63,883 bases of DNA from Clostridia bacterium (GCA_017522795.1 JAFWXZ010000032.1:1-63883); one strand, 5' to 3'; positions 28,712-39,105 are shown, counted from the stretch's first letter. Numbers and translations are program-made. The notes: generated by a model from the letters alone, not told the origin.

Positions 28712-29971
28712 TCACTCGGGATTTTTCTTTTTTGAAAGGCAAAGCTCGGCAATCCGTGGAGTTTTTTTCAGGATTGCAGAGAGTGTCATAAGTGACATCA
28801 GAAGAAGCAGAAGGTCGGTAAAAAAAAGCAGAAAGCTCGGTGGCAGAAGGCCCGAAGTGAGAACTGCCGCGACGAATAAAGGCGGATATATCCAAGATAT
28901 TTTGCCGAAATAAAGGCGCGAGCATTCCATACCGTAGTAATACCAGCATATTATGGTGGAGTATGCAAAGGCGAGGATAAGCAAAGTAAGAAGATAAGAC
29001 ACGGGCGCGCCGAGGGCCGAGCAAAAGGCAGCATTCACAAGTGACATCGGTGTATTGAAGGCTGAGATATCAGGAACCGATACAAGCACCGCAAAACCTG
29101 TGAGAATACATAGGAGCGAGCTGTCAAAAACCACCTCGCACATAGCGAAAAGTCCTGCCACGTGGGGACTGCGCCCTTGAGATCGGGAGTGAGCCATAGC
29201 AGACGTGCCAACCCCCGCCTCGTTTGAGAGAATTCCGCGGGCAAAGCCCTCGCGCACAGCGAGAAACATCACACCTCCACCAATCGCGGATTTAAAGTTA
29301 AACGCCGAAGATATTACATCAACTATTACGTCGTCCAGACGGTGAAAATTGACGAAAATAGTAGCAAAGCACAGGGATATGTAAATTATTGTTGTCAAAG
29401 GTATAACAATTTCTGTAATGCTCTCGATTTTCTTTGCGCCGCCAAGCAAGCAAGGCAGGAGCAGGATTATCAGAATTAAGGCGGTTAAAATTGGGCTTAT
29501 ACCAAGGGATTTTTCTGTCACGTCGGTAAGAGCGGCAGACTGCATTGACGCCCCCATAAAGAAAGCGAGCAGCACGGTCAGCGCGGAGTAAATGGGTGCA
29601 AGGAGCCTGCCCGATCGGCTGAAAACGCGAGTGAGAACTGTGGCTGTTCCTCCCTGCTCTGCCCCCACGTCAAAGACGAGAAGCGTCTCTGAATATTTGA
29701 TTATCATAGCGAAAAGCGAGGAGACAAACAGCCAGAAAAGGCTGCCCGCGCCGCCTATCATCAGTCCTGCCGAAACCCCGAAAATATTACCGACTCCGAG
29801 AGTGCCTGCAAGGGCGAGAAAAAAGGCTCTGCGCGCATCTCTGTCACCAAGCGCGGACAGAAACTCTCGCGCTGTTCTTATCGGGTGAGCTATAAAGAAA
29901 AAACGAAGACGTATCAGAAGATACAGTCCAACTACAGTGACGATTATCGGCAGAACAAAAGAAAAATCCAT
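28712..29971 (-). CDS. Alanine/glycine:cation symporter family protein
   Basis: ALAGTLGVGNIFGV, GGAGSLFW, RGILSNEAGVGTS. Confidence 0.9.
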   Translation of the reverse strand: MDFSFVLPIIVTVVGLYLLIRLRFFFIAHPIRTAREFLSALGDRDARRAFFLALAGTLGVGNIFGVSAGLMIGGAGSLFWLFVSSLFAMIIKYSETLLVFDVGAEQGGTATVLTRVFSRSGRLLAPIYSALTVLLAFFMGASMQSAALTDVTEKSLGISPILTALILIILLLPCLLGGAKKIESITEIVIPLTTIIYISLCFATIFVNFHRLDDVIVDVISSAFNFKSAIGGGVMFLAVREGFARGILSNEAGVGTSAMAHSRSQGRSPHVAGLFAMCEVVFDSSLLCILTGFAVLVSVPDISAFNTPMSLVNAAFCSALGAPVSYLLTLLILAFAYSTIICWYYYGMECSRLYFGKISWIYPPLFVAAVLTSGLLPPSFLLFFTDLLLLLMSLMTLSAILKKTPRIAELCLSKKKNPE

Positions 29972-30030
29972 AAAAAAAGCCCCTCCGCACAAGCATATGC
30001 AGCGAGGCTTTTATTTAATTACAAAAGTTA

Positions 30031-30546
30031 TCAGGCATTAAAGAACTGAGAAAAATCAACTCCGAATGCCTCAAGTACCTTCCAAGCGATAAACAAACCG
30101 AGGGCAATACAAGCGCCGATAAGAGTGTAATTGTAGAACTCATCAAACTTCTTGTTTTTCTCCTCGTCGCGTCTGTCCTTTTCTCTATCTTCCTCGGTCT
30201 CAAGCAGCTCCTCGGGAATTTCCTCAAAGCCTTCATCCGCCTGCTCTTCTCCGTCAAGTGAGAAGTCATAGCTACCGTCCTTGATAGCCTTCGCCCTGTC
30301 GGATGCAGCGACCATAAGCTCGCTTACGATAGAATATGTGACGCCATCAGGGTTTCCGTCAGCCATAAGATTACCGATTCTTTCCATAGCCACCTTTATG
30401 TCCTCGATATTTTTTCCGAGGGTGGCGGTATCAAGAAGCGCCGCGCATTCGTCACAAAGGAGTCTCGGATTACCTGCCACACCCATAGCGAGAACAGGGG
30501 CGTCCTCTCTCTCGATATGTCTTCCGCACATACAGCATTTATCCAT
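30031..30546 (-). CDS. Hypothetical protein with N-terminal CxxC..CxxC and C-terminal TM
   Basis: CCMCG..LCDEC; start overlaps upstream stop. Confidence 0.7.
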   Translation of the reverse strand: MDKCCMCGRHIEREDAPVLAMGVAGNPRLLCDECAALLDTATLGKNIEDIKVAMERIGNLMADGNPDGVTYSIVSELMVAASDRAKAIKDGSYDFSLDGEEQADEGFEEIPEELLETEEDREKDRRDEEKNKKFDEFYNYTLIGACIALGLFIAWKVLEAFGVDFSQFFNA

Positions 30547-30706
30547 TTTTGTTTCCCTCCTCCTTTATTCCGCGCAGCTCTGCGCGAACATACGCAAGAT
30601 ACTCGTTTCTGAGGGCGGCTCTTTCCTGCTGCTCCTCGAAGGTAAGCTCGCGCTGCTTTGCAATTCTGCCAAGCTCGTTTATTCTGTCTATCTTTGCCTT
30701 ATCCAT
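30539..30706 (-). CDS. DUF896/UPF0291 (YnzC-like) small protein
   Basis: IDRINELGRIAKQRELTFEEQQERAALRNEY. Confidence 0.85.
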   Translation of the reverse strand: MDKAKIDRINELGRIAKQRELTFEEQQERAALRNEYLAYVRAELRGIKEEGNKNG

Positions 30707-31910
30707 CTTTTCTTCCTCCGTAGAGCTTTGCAAGGCCGCCCGTGGAGGTCTCGCGGTAGTGATGAGAAAGGTCCTTACCCGTCTCGTACATAGTTTTTAT
30801 TACCATATCGAGCGAGATTTTTCTTGAGCCCGAGAGGAAGTTTGCAAGATTGACCGCGTTGATCGCTCTCATGGCCGCAACCGCATTACGCTCGATACAA
30901 GGGATCTGCACAAGTCCGCAGATGGGATCGCAGGTAAGACCAAGATGATGCTCAAAGGCGATCTCGGCAGCGTATTCTATCTGATCAATGCCCATTTCAA
31001 AGAGCTCGCCAAGGGCGGCAGACGCCATAGAACAAGCCGTGCCAACCTCTGCCTGACAGCCGCACTCTGCGCCGCTGATAGATGCATTGGTCTTTGTAAG
31101 CGCGCCGATAAGTCCAGCAACCGCAAGGGCGCGGATGATCTGCTCGTCACTGAAGCGATGCTTTTCCTGCATATATCTGAGAACCGAGGGAAGCACCGCG
31201 CAGGCTCCACAGGTGGGGGCTGTGACAATGGTGCCGTTATCGGCATTCTGCTCGCTGACTGCATAGGCATAGGCGCAAACGATGCGGTTCTCTCTCGTCA
31301 CCTCGCGCTCGTCGATGTGGCGCTGGTTATAGAGATACTGTGCCTTTCGCTCAACCTCAAGTCCGCCGGGTAGAATGCCCGAGGTAGTAAGTCCCTCGTG
31401 GATAGCGTTCTTCATAGTAGTCCACACGATATAGAGAAAATCTCTGATATCCTCTCCCTCGCGGAGCAGGACATAATCAGAAAGGCGAATTCCCTCTCTC
31501 TTACAGAGAGCCGAAATCTCGGCAAAGGTAGTCTCGGGATAAACGAGAGTTGCTCCCTCGCCCTCTCTGCCCTCTATCTCAATATCGCCGCCGCCAACGC
31601 TCATAACGCGCATTTTATCCTGCGCCACGCCGCCGACTACAGAGTATATATCCATAGTGTTCTCGTGGGGAAGCTCTCGGTCGGTGGTATTAAAGACTAT
31701 CTCAACCGCCTTTTCGGTAGCGGCGGAAATAGCCTTATCCGTTCCGTGTCCCTCGCCCGTGTCGGCAAGGCTGCCATAAAGGATAACCTTATAGCTCTCT
31801 GCCTCGGGATGCTCGGACACGTATATGCCCATAGCCTTTGCAGGTCCCATAGTGTGCGATGATGAGGGTCCCTTTCCTATTTTGTATATATCTCTGATAG
31901 ATTTCATCAT
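30699..31910 (-). CDS. sdaA: Fe-S dependent L-serine ammonia-lyase, single chain
   Basis: IGKGPSSSHTMGP, VTAPTCGACAV, SISGAECGCQAE, HHLGLTCDP, QIPCIERN. Confidence 0.93.
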   Translation of the reverse strand: MMKSIRDIYKIGKGPSSSHTMGPAKAMGIYVSEHPEAESYKVILYGSLADTGEGHGTDKAISAATEKAVEIVFNTTDRELPHENTMDIYSVVGGVAQDKMRVMSVGGGDIEIEGREGEGATLVYPETTFAEISALCKREGIRLSDYVLLREGEDIRDFLYIVWTTMKNAIHEGLTTSGILPGGLEVERKAQYLYNQRHIDEREVTRENRIVCAYAYAVSEQNADNGTIVTAPTCGACAVLPSVLRYMQEKHRFSDEQIIRALAVAGLIGALTKTNASISGAECGCQAEVGTACSMASAALGELFEMGIDQIEYAAEIAFEHHLGLTCDPICGLVQIPCIERNAVAAMRAINAVNLANFLSGSRKISLDMVIKTMYETGKDLSHHYRETSTGGLAKLYGGRKDG

Positions 31911-32033
31911 AGCGGTTTTCTCCTAATGGAAAATTTGCATAATTTAACACATACATTTTATCACTATTTTTAATGACTGTCAAGGATTTATTTTCAAGGT
32001 TCATTTTTAAATGTTAATTTTCATCACGCTCAC

Positions 32034-32062
32034 TTGAAATAACATCGATAGAGTGATATAAT
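32034..32062 (+). promoter_or_regulatory. sigmaA promoter
   Basis: TTGAAA-17-TATAAT with TG extension. Confidence 0.65.
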
Positions 32063-32094
32063 TAAAATGAAATTAAATCATTTTGGAGTTGGTT

Positions 32095-33813
32095 ATGAAA
32101 AAGAACAATGCAAAGACTCAGAATAAAATCGTGATGCTATTAAAAGAAAAACTGTCGTCTCTTGCAGACAAGGATACTAAAATTAAAATCACTCTGTCAA
32201 TTATTCTGGGAGCATTAGTTGCGTTTATCGGCTTTTATTTCTTCCTTCCGCCGATCAATCTTATGTCAGAGCGCTTTTGGCTTTACATTCTTGCTATAAC
32301 GGTAGGAGCTTGTCTTCCATTCATCAGCATCAGTCCTGCACATATAAGTATAAAATCCAAGAACGGTGTAACCGTAAAAAGATATTCCGGACCTATAAGC
32401 AATAACAAATTCATTATTATCGCGATAGCCATTCCATTATCCGTGCTTATCCTTGGAAATATAATATCATCCACAGTATTTAACGCTAGAGCATACGCCG
32501 CGATAATCAAAGTGGAGGAGTCGGATTTTACAGAGGATCTGCCCGAAACTACCGAGATCACTAACATTGCACTTATGGACACCGAATCGGCAAAAATTCT
32601 GGGAAATAGAACGCTTGGCTCTTTGTCTCACGTGGTTTCTCAGTACACCGTAAGTGACATATATACCCAGATAAACTACAAGAATACTCCTAAAAAAGTA
32701 TCCAATCTTGAATATGACGGATTCTTCAAATGGATGGGCAACAGACAAAACGGTATTCCCGGTGTGGTAATCGTAGATCCTGTTAAAAGCAGTGCGGAAT
32801 ATATGGAGCTTAAAGCTCCTATGCAATATGCAGAAAGCGCATTTTTCGGTGACGATCTTATGCGAAAGGTGCGGTTTGATTACCCTACTAAAATTTTTGA
32901 CGAGGATGCAATAAGCTTTGAGCTTGACGATGACGGAAATCCCTATTACATTATTTCCTGCTTTGAACCGCAGGTAATGCTTTTTGGAGCGAAGGATGTT
33001 GTTGAGGTCATTATTTTTGATCCTACAAACGGTTCAAGTGAAATATACGGCATTGATGAAACTCCCGCGTGGGTGGATATAGTCTATGACGGATATTTAG
33101 CAAGCGAAAAGTATAATTGGCACGGTACACTTTCAGGTGGATTTATCAATAGCATTATCGGCAACGTTGGCTGCAAGATGGCAACCGATGACTTTGGATA
33201 CGTGGTTCTCGGCGATGACGTGTGGTATTTCACCGGTGTCACATCTGCTGTCTCCAACGACAAATCAAACATTGGTTTTATTCTCACCAATGCGCGTACC
33301 GGCGAATACAAGTTCTACCCTGTTATCGGCGCAGAGGAGCATTCAGCTATGGCTGCCGCCGAGGGAGAGGTTCAGGAAAAGGGATATATCGCATCCTTTC
33401 CTTCTCTTATCAACGTTTCAGGACAGCCTACATATATTATGGTGCTTAAAAACGATGCGGGCATAGTCGAGCTTTACGCGCTTGTTAACGTGGAAAACTA
33501 TAGTCTGGTTGCCACGGGAACAACACAGGCTGATGCTATGAGTGCATATAAGAAGCTGCTGAGGCAGAACGATATTGACATCGGTGACAGCTCAGAAAGC
33601 ATCCAGATAACCGTAGATGACGTAAGGATCGCTATGATATCCAACGTGGCAACAGCCTACATCACCGCAGATGACGGTTCTGTTTACAAGGGATATCTTG
33701 AAGCTGACGAAGCGCTTATCCTTATCCAAAAGGGCGATAAGCTTAGGATAAACTATCTTCCCACAGATATAGAGAAAATTTACAATATATCCTCTTGGGA
33801 ATTTGTTGAATAA
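32095..33813 (+). CDS. Conserved hypothetical membrane protein with large extracellular domain
   Basis: 3 N-terminal TMs; YFTGVTS, GAEEHSAMAAAEGEVQ; long ORF ending at terminator near 33829-33860. Confidence 0.75.
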   Translation: MKKNNAKTQNKIVMLLKEKLSSLADKDTKIKITLSIILGALVAFIGFYFFLPPINLMSERFWLYILAITVGACLPFISISPAHISIKSKNGVTVKRYSGPISNNKFIIIAIAIPLSVLILGNIISSTVFNARAYAAIIKVEESDFTEDLPETTEITNIALMDTESAKILGNRTLGSLSHVVSQYTVSDIYTQINYKNTPKKVSNLEYDGFFKWMGNRQNGIPGVVIVDPVKSSAEYMELKAPMQYAESAFFGDDLMRKVRFDYPTKIFDEDAISFELDDDGNPYYIISCFEPQVMLFGAKDVVEVIIFDPTNGSSEIYGIDETPAWVDIVYDGYLASEKYNWHGTLSGGFINSIIGNVGCKMATDDFGYVVLGDDVWYFTGVTSAVSNDKSNIGFILTNARTGEYKFYPVIGAEEHSAMAAAEGEVQEKGYIASFPSLINVSGQPTYIMVLKNDAGIVELYALVNVENYSLVATGTTQADAMSAYKKLLRQNDIDIGDSSESIQITVDDVRIAMISNVATAYITADDGSVYKGYLEADEALILIQKGDKLRINYLPTDIEKIYNISSWEFVE

Positions 33814-33893
33814 ATATGTATTAATAAAGAAGCCACGGCTCGTATTGAGCCGTGGCTTTCTGCTATTATTTTATCTGCTAGACAACTTGGAAT

Positions 33894-34229
33894 TTATTTA
33901 ACTTTAACTTCTATCCCTACCACACCATACTTTGCAATCTTTTCCACACTGTAATAAACAAGCATATCATTCGGATTCGCAATTTCCTCGTCTGAATAAC
34001 CAATCGATACTTTGTCATGATGCTTGTATAGTTCATCAAAACTACCATACTTAAACAAATTGGTAACTTCGCAATCTAATATTTCATCAGTGCTTGTATT
34101 GGTAAACTCAATACTATCCCCAATAGAAATAATTGAACGCTTTTCATCACACAATCTCATCTCAATCGTTTTGGTTTTATTTTTAACTTTTAGAAAAGAT
34201 TCATTCCAAAGATTCATTTTATGTATCAT
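33894..34229 (-). CDS. ASCH/PUA-like domain protein
   Basis: HKMNL..F..VKNKTKTIEMRLCDEKRSIISIGDSIEF..YGVVGIEV. Confidence 0.85.
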   Translation of the reverse strand: MIHKMNLWNESFLKVKNKTKTIEMRLCDEKRSIISIGDSIEFTNTSTDEILDCEVTNLFKYGSFDELYKHHDKVSIGYSDEEIANPNDMLVYYSVEKIAKYGVVGIEVKVK

Positions 34230-34280
34230 ATTAATACCCCGTCAAATTCAAGTTTATCGATTAGACACCTAACTAAGATA

Positions 34281-34342
34281 ATTATATTATAAAAATTCCC
34301 AAAAGTAAATAGGGCGGCTTGGTTTTTTACCTAAACCGCCCT
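34281..34342 (-). promoter_or_regulatory. Terminator hairpin fused to sigmaA promoter for the ASCH gene
   Basis: agggcggttt..ccgccct hairpin then TTTACT-17-TATAAT. Confidence 0.6.
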
Positions 34343-34380
34343 ATATGGTCTATAAACCTTTATAGTTTCACTATAGCGTA

Positions 34381-35799
34381 TTACTTATTTTTTAAGTACT
34401 CATCAATCGCTTTTGCGGCTACCTTGCCGGCGCCCATGGCGGAGATTACGGTTGCGGCGCCTGTGACGGCGTCGCCGCCTGCGTACACGCCTGCCTTGGT
34501 GGTGGCTCCGTCCTCGGTGACGATAATACCGCCCCAGCGGTTGACCTCAAGTCCCTCGGTGGTGGACTTGATAAGGGGGTTAGGTGAGGTGCCGATAGCC
34601 ATAATAACGGCATCAACGTCGAGGGTGAACTCGCTACCCGCTACCTCTACGGGACGGCGTCTGCCGCGCTCGTCGGGCTCGCCGAGCTCCATACGGATGC
34701 ACCTGATCGCCTGAACGCTGCCGTTTCGCTCGTCGCGGGGGTTGTCGGGATTATTATATCCAAGGATCTCGATAGGATTGCAAAGCAGGCGGAACTCAAT
34801 TCCCTCCTCCTCTGCGTGCTCGACCTCCTCGCGCCTTGCGGGAAGCTCGGTCATCGAGCGACGGTAAACGATGTAAACCTTTTCTGCGCCGAGGCGGAGT
34901 GCGGTACGCGCCGCATCCATAGCAACGTTTCCGCCGCCGACAACGGCAACCTTGCCGCCCTTCATAATAGGCGTTTCGGGATTATCAAGATATGCCTTCA
35001 TAAGATTGGATCGGGTGAGATACTCGTTTGCGGAATATACTCCTTTAAGTCCCTCGCCGGGAATACCCATAAAGTTGGGAAGTCCTGCGCCAGAGCCGAT
35101 GAACACAGCCTCATAGCCCATATCAAACAGCTCGTCCACGGTGAGAGTTTTGCCGATAATAACGTTTGTCACAAGCTTGACGCCCATTTTCTCAAGGGTA
35201 TCGACTTCCTTTTTAACGATTGCCTTGGGCAGACGGAACTCGGGGATTCCGTACACAAGCACACCGCCCGCGGTATGCAGAGCCTCGTAGACGGTGACAG
35301 AATAGCCAAGCTTTGCAAGGTCGCCCGCGCAGGTAAGTCCCGAGGGACCAGAGCCGACAACAGCTACCTTATGACCGTTAGGAGCGGCACACTCGGGAAG
35401 CTCGTCGCTGTGGGAGTTGTGCCAATCGGCAACGAATCTCTCAAGTCTGCCGATGCCGACCGGCTCGCCCTTGATGCCTCTTACACAAAGCTGCTCGCAC
35501 TGGGTTTCCTGGGGGCAAACTCTGCCGCAAACGGCAGGGAGAGTGGAGCTTTTCGCGATTATCTGATAAGCCGCCTCAAAGTCGCCCTCCTTAATTTTGG
35601 AGATAAACTCGGGGATATGGATATTTACGGGACAGCCACTTACGCAGGGCATATTCTTACAGTTCAGACAGCGAAGCGCCTCGTCCATAGCGGTAGCCTC
35701 ATCGTAGCCGAGAGCAACCTCGCCAAAATTACGCGCGCGAACAAGGGCGTCCTGTGTGGGCATCGCGTTCTTTGTGGGGTTCATATTGAATTTTGCCAT
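34381..35799 (-). CDS. nfnB: NfnB / GltD-like NADPH-dependent flavoprotein (bifurcating transhydrogenase large subunit)
   Basis: RCLNC..CVSGCP, CGRVCPQETQC, GSGPSG, YGIPEFRLP, GGGNVAMD, AGGDAVTG. Confidence 0.85.
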   Translation of the reverse strand: MAKFNMNPTKNAMPTQDALVRARNFGEVALGYDEATAMDEALRCLNCKNMPCVSGCPVNIHIPEFISKIKEGDFEAAYQIIAKSSTLPAVCGRVCPQETQCEQLCVRGIKGEPVGIGRLERFVADWHNSHSDELPECAAPNGHKVAVVGSGPSGLTCAGDLAKLGYSVTVYEALHTAGGVLVYGIPEFRLPKAIVKKEVDTLEKMGVKLVTNVIIGKTLTVDELFDMGYEAVFIGSGAGLPNFMGIPGEGLKGVYSANEYLTRSNLMKAYLDNPETPIMKGGKVAVVGGGNVAMDAARTALRLGAEKVYIVYRRSMTELPARREEVEHAEEEGIEFRLLCNPIEILGYNNPDNPRDERNGSVQAIRCIRMELGEPDERGRRRPVEVAGSEFTLDVDAVIMAIGTSPNPLIKSTTEGLEVNRWGGIIVTEDGATTKAGVYAGGDAVTGAATVISAMGAGKVAAKAIDEYLKNK

Positions 35800-35800
35800 T

Positions 35801-36652
35801 TTAGTTTTCCCCCTTCTTGAAGAGATTGCAGGTTGCTTCATAGGCGTGGCGCTCAAAGGATCTGTACGCGCCGCCGCGCATCATAGCCTCGTCGAAGTCC
35901 ACCTGATAGCCATTGAAATCGGGACCGTCAACGCAGGCAAATTTGGTCACGCGCTTACCGTCTACATTGAGAGTAAGTCGGCAGCCACCGCACATACCCG
36001 TGCCGTCTATCATAATGGGGTTCATAGACACATCGCAGGGGATGCCCGTGGGGCGCACTGCCTCAACAATGAATTTCATCATAATAAGCGGACCGATAGT
36101 GATAACCTTATCGAATTTGCGCTCGGCGAGCATCTCCTTCAGGGGCAGGGTCACGTTGCCCTGTCTGCCGTATGAGCCGTCATCGGTCATAACCACAAGC
36201 TCGTCCGAGCAGGCGCGGAATTCGTCCTCTAAAATCACGAGATCCGAGCTTCTGAAGCCGATAATTGAGGTCACACGAGCGCCCTTTTCTTTAAGAGCCT
36301 GCGCCACGGGAAGCGCGATAGCGCATCCAACGCCACCGCCAACGATGCATACGTTTTCAAGACCGTCCAGATGTGTGGGTACACCCAGAGGGCCTGCAAA
36401 GTCCTGAATGTACTCGCCCTTCTGCTTTTCGGAAAGCTTTTTCGTGGTAGCGCCGACTATCTGGAAGATAATTTTTACCGTTCCCGCATTTCTGTCGTAT
36501 CCCGCTACGGTAAGGGGGATTCTCTCTCCCTCTTCGTCCACACGGAGAATGATAAACTGTCCCGCCTGCGCCTTTTTCGCAACGAGGGGAGCTTCAATAT
36601 CCATCATTACGACGGTGGGATTAAGCTGTTTTTTGTAAACTATTCTATACAT
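35801..36652 (-). CDS. nfnA: NfnA / PyrK-like FAD/NAD-binding [2Fe-2S] subunit
   Basis: GERIPLT, GGGVGCA, DGTGMCGGCR..FACVDGPDF. Confidence 0.85.
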   Translation of the reverse strand: MYRIVYKKQLNPTVVMMDIEAPLVAKKAQAGQFIILRVDEEGERIPLTVAGYDRNAGTVKIIFQIVGATTKKLSEKQKGEYIQDFAGPLGVPTHLDGLENVCIVGGGVGCAIALPVAQALKEKGARVTSIIGFRSSDLVILEDEFRACSDELVVMTDDGSYGRQGNVTLPLKEMLAERKFDKVITIGPLIMMKFIVEAVRPTGIPCDVSMNPIMIDGTGMCGGCRLTLNVDGKRVTKFACVDGPDFNGYQVDFDEAMMRGGAYRSFERHAYEATCNLFKKGEN

Positions 36653-36831
36653 ATTGCCTCTTTCTCGCCCGTTTTTAGTCAGAACGCGCGATTTGTCAAA
36701 TAAAATACTCGTATGTTTTTTTACATCCTTTATATTATACAACGAAACTTTGTTTTTTGCAACAGGTTATAGGATTTTTATTCATTTAATTATAAAAATA
36801 AAAAAGCGGAACGAGTCCGCTTTTAGTTATC

Positions 36832-37332
36832 TTACAAATCCACAGAGGAATTGTTGTCCGAAAAGGATATGTGCGCTAGTGACAGCGCTCCTCGATAGAA
36901 GGTGACCGATGCCTTGACACCGTCGGGAAGTCTAAGCTCTATAACTCGCTCGTGGAAAAGTCTGTCAGCTTCATCGCCATTCAGATAAACGATACAACGA
37001 AGCATACCTCGATAGACGGTTATGTAATTCCCGTTTACCTCCGCGGTAGCAAATCTTGAAAAAGCAAGATCCAAAAGCAAAATAACGGGAGTCATCACAG
37101 CGCACCAAACGCCGATCACCACTCCAAAAACATAATCATTGTTATATGTGACGGTCTCGTAGGTAAAGATTCCGCTGCCGTGTACTGTCACCTCACGGCT
37201 CGCCTCTCTGAGAGAATGAAAAACGATAGCGATAGTCGCAAACACGACGATCAGGGCAGCCATAATTACTCTGCGGATTATTAAATTTTTTCTGAGGTTT
37301 TTCTCGAGTGCCTCAACCTTTTCTCTGTTCAT
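36832..37332 (-). CDS. Hypothetical membrane protein (distal cassette 5)
   Basis: 2 TMs; own promoter TTTACT-17-TATAAT at 37359-37387; terminator near 36800-36825. Confidence 0.7.
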   Translation of the reverse strand: MNREKVEALEKNLRKNLIIRRVIMAALIVVFATIAIVFHSLREASREVTVHGSGIFTYETVTYNNDYVFGVVIGVWCAVMTPVILLLDLAFSRFATAEVNGNYITVYRGMLRCIVYLNGDEADRLFHERVIELRLPDGVKASVTFYRGALSLAHISFSDNNSSVDL

Positions 37333-37428
37333 AACGGTTCCTTTGAAGTTTTTTATATATTATAACACGGCAAAAATAAAAAGTAAATATAGTTATAAAA
37401 ATTTACATAATTATAAAAGGATTATAAA

Positions 37429-37460
37429 AGGACGACTCGGATTTCTGAGCCGCCCTGTTT
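37429..37460 (-). repeat. Hairpin copy 4 of the cotJC-array element (no cotJC remnant)
   Basis: aaaacagggcggctcag-aaat-ccgagtcgtcct. Confidence 0.7.
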
Positions 37461-37473
37461 TATGATGTTTGGC

Positions 37474-37824
37474 TCAACTATACTTACTATGTAACACCTT
37501 TATAACATTAATTAAAGTATTATATACTTGATCACTGCTACTCAAAGGATAGGTCATTCTATCATGATTACAGGAATCATACGAAATGACAAATTTATCG
37601 GGATAAATCTCTACGTCAACGCGATACGCCTGATATTTACCATGTACTCTTATGTATTTGTCGTTATCAGAACAATTAGTACGGATAGATATGACTCTTA
37701 TTTTTTCACTTTTAAATTCGCTTTTTAATTTGCCGCTTAAATAATCGAGTAGTAAATAGTCAAAAGCATTTTTATTTTTGTCTACTTTTCTCAAATACGA
37801 TCTAATTTTGCTTTTTTCAAACAT
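37474..37824 (-). CDS. Hypothetical protein (cassette 4)
   Basis: AT-rich ORF with RBS AAGGAAG and own promoter. Confidence 0.7.
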   Translation of the reverse strand: MFEKSKIRSYLRKVDKNKNAFDYLLLDYLSGKLKSEFKSEKIRVISIRTNCSDNDKYIRVHGKYQAYRVDVEIYPDKFVISYDSCNHDRMTYPLSSSDQVYNTLINVIKVLHSKYS

Positions 37825-37855
37825 ATGAACTCTTCCTTAAATAATTGGTAAATTG

Positions 37856-37982
37856 ATTATATCATAGCGAAATGCAAAAGTCAAGGACGGCTCGATTTCT
37901 CGGGCCGCCCTGTTTTTATTTAGTTAGAATTTCTTGTCACGCAGGATGTTAATTGTTTCGTGAGTACAGTCAAACTGAAGTA
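37856..37982 (-). repeat. cotJC-3'-end repeat copy 3 (junction motif + HETINILRDKKF* + hairpin + promoter)
   Basis: tacttcagtttgactgta..ATCCTGCGTGACAAGAAATTCTAA..agggcggcccga-gaaa-tcgagccgtcct; TTGACT-17-TATAAT. Confidence 0.85.
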
Positions 37983-37988
37983 TTGCTA

Positions 37989-38393
37989 TCATCTGGCTTT
38001 CTTAAAAAGTGTTTTCTTTAGATAAGCTCGGATGCGTTTCCAATATATTATAACAAGTATTGAACCTATTTCTAATATGATTGCAATTATCAAAAGTAAA
38101 AATCCTATTGTATTTATGAAGAACATATGATAGGCTAGTATGAGAGAAATTCCCTGCACTCCTACCCACTCCATAAGTATACCGCCTGCTGAGAAATCAT
38201 TTAAATTAACATCTCTCATTATCTTATTTACACCTAATAATGCCATCGGAATAGACGCAATACTAGCAAATATGATTATGTTAATATCCTTAGATTCTAT
38301 ATACAAGAAAATGAATGCAATCCAACCATTGATTAACAAAAAAATCCATCCTAAAATTTTAAGAAGCAAGTTCGTGGTTAATCTTGTTTTCAT
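37989..38393 (-). CDS. Hypothetical 4-TM membrane protein (cassette 3)
   Basis: RBS GGAGGTG; hydrophobic; AT-rich. Confidence 0.75.
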   Translation of the reverse strand: MKTRLTTNLLLKILGWIFLLINGWIAFIFLYIESKDINIIIFASIASIPMALLGVNKIMRDVNLNDFSAGGILMEWVGVQGISLILAYHMFFINTIGFLLLIIAIILEIGSILVIIYWKRIRAYLKKTLFKKAR

Positions 38394-38418
38394 TTGTGAA
38401 CACCTCCCATTTTTCTAT

Positions 38419-38599
38419 ATTATACCACACCCCACATAAAAAAGCAAGGACGATTTGATCTCTCAAACCGCCCTGTTTTTTTCCTCATCCGTCATACTCG
38501 CAATGCTCGTATGCCTCCTTCCCCAACAGGGAAGGCTTATTTAGAATTTCTTGTCACTTAGGATATTCATAGCTTCGCCAATACAGTCAACATGAGGTG
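38419..38599 (-). repeat. cotJC-3'-end repeat copy 2 (GEAMNILSDKKF*) with inserted REP-like element
   Basis: cacctcatgttgactgta-tt-GGCGAAGCTATGAATATCCTAAGTGACAAGAAATTCTAA; REP at 38483-38538; TTGCTT-17-TATAAT. Confidence 0.85.
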
Positions 38600-38604
38600 T
38601 TTTA

Positions 38605-39105
38605 TCATTTCTTCACATTTACGTAAGTGATCTCTACACTACTACATCCAAAATGGTTTATCATTAATTTATACAGCTTCCCCTCTCTTGTCATTGGTTT
38701 AGGTTTTTTTCTAATTTTACCTATTATCCATTCTATAAAACTAAAAAGCTTAATCAAACAAAAAAGCGGAAAGAAAATAATTGTAAACAGTACTTCTATT
38801 ACTTTATCTCTCACCTTGGCTTTCGAATCTCTAGTATCTTCCGGACCAATATATTGAATCGTTCCAACGAGCTCTATTCTGTCATCGAACTCCCAAATAT
38901 CAGGAATAAACCAATATCCCCCACTATGTCCCGCACGTTCAATACCAAATCCTATTTTGTTATCAATAGTGCTTATTATATAGTTTTCAATTTGAAAATC
39001 CCCTTTAGGATTAATACTTATCCTTTTGTCAGGAGAACCGTAACGGCAGTGATTTATAAACATTTCTTTTGTTCCATTGTAACAAAATCTGTATTCTTTA
39101 TCCAT
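38605..39105 (-). CDS. Hypothetical protein with one TM (cassette 2)
   Basis: RBS AAGGAG; AT-rich ORF. Confidence 0.75.
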   Translation of the reverse strand: MDKEYRFCYNGTKEMFINHCRYGSPDKRISINPKGDFQIENYIISTIDNKIGFGIERAGHSGGYWFIPDIWEFDDRIELVGTIQYIGPEDTRDSKAKVRDKVIEVLFTIIFFPLFCLIKLFSFIEWIIGKIRKKPKPMTREGKLYKLMINHFGCSSVEITYVNVKK

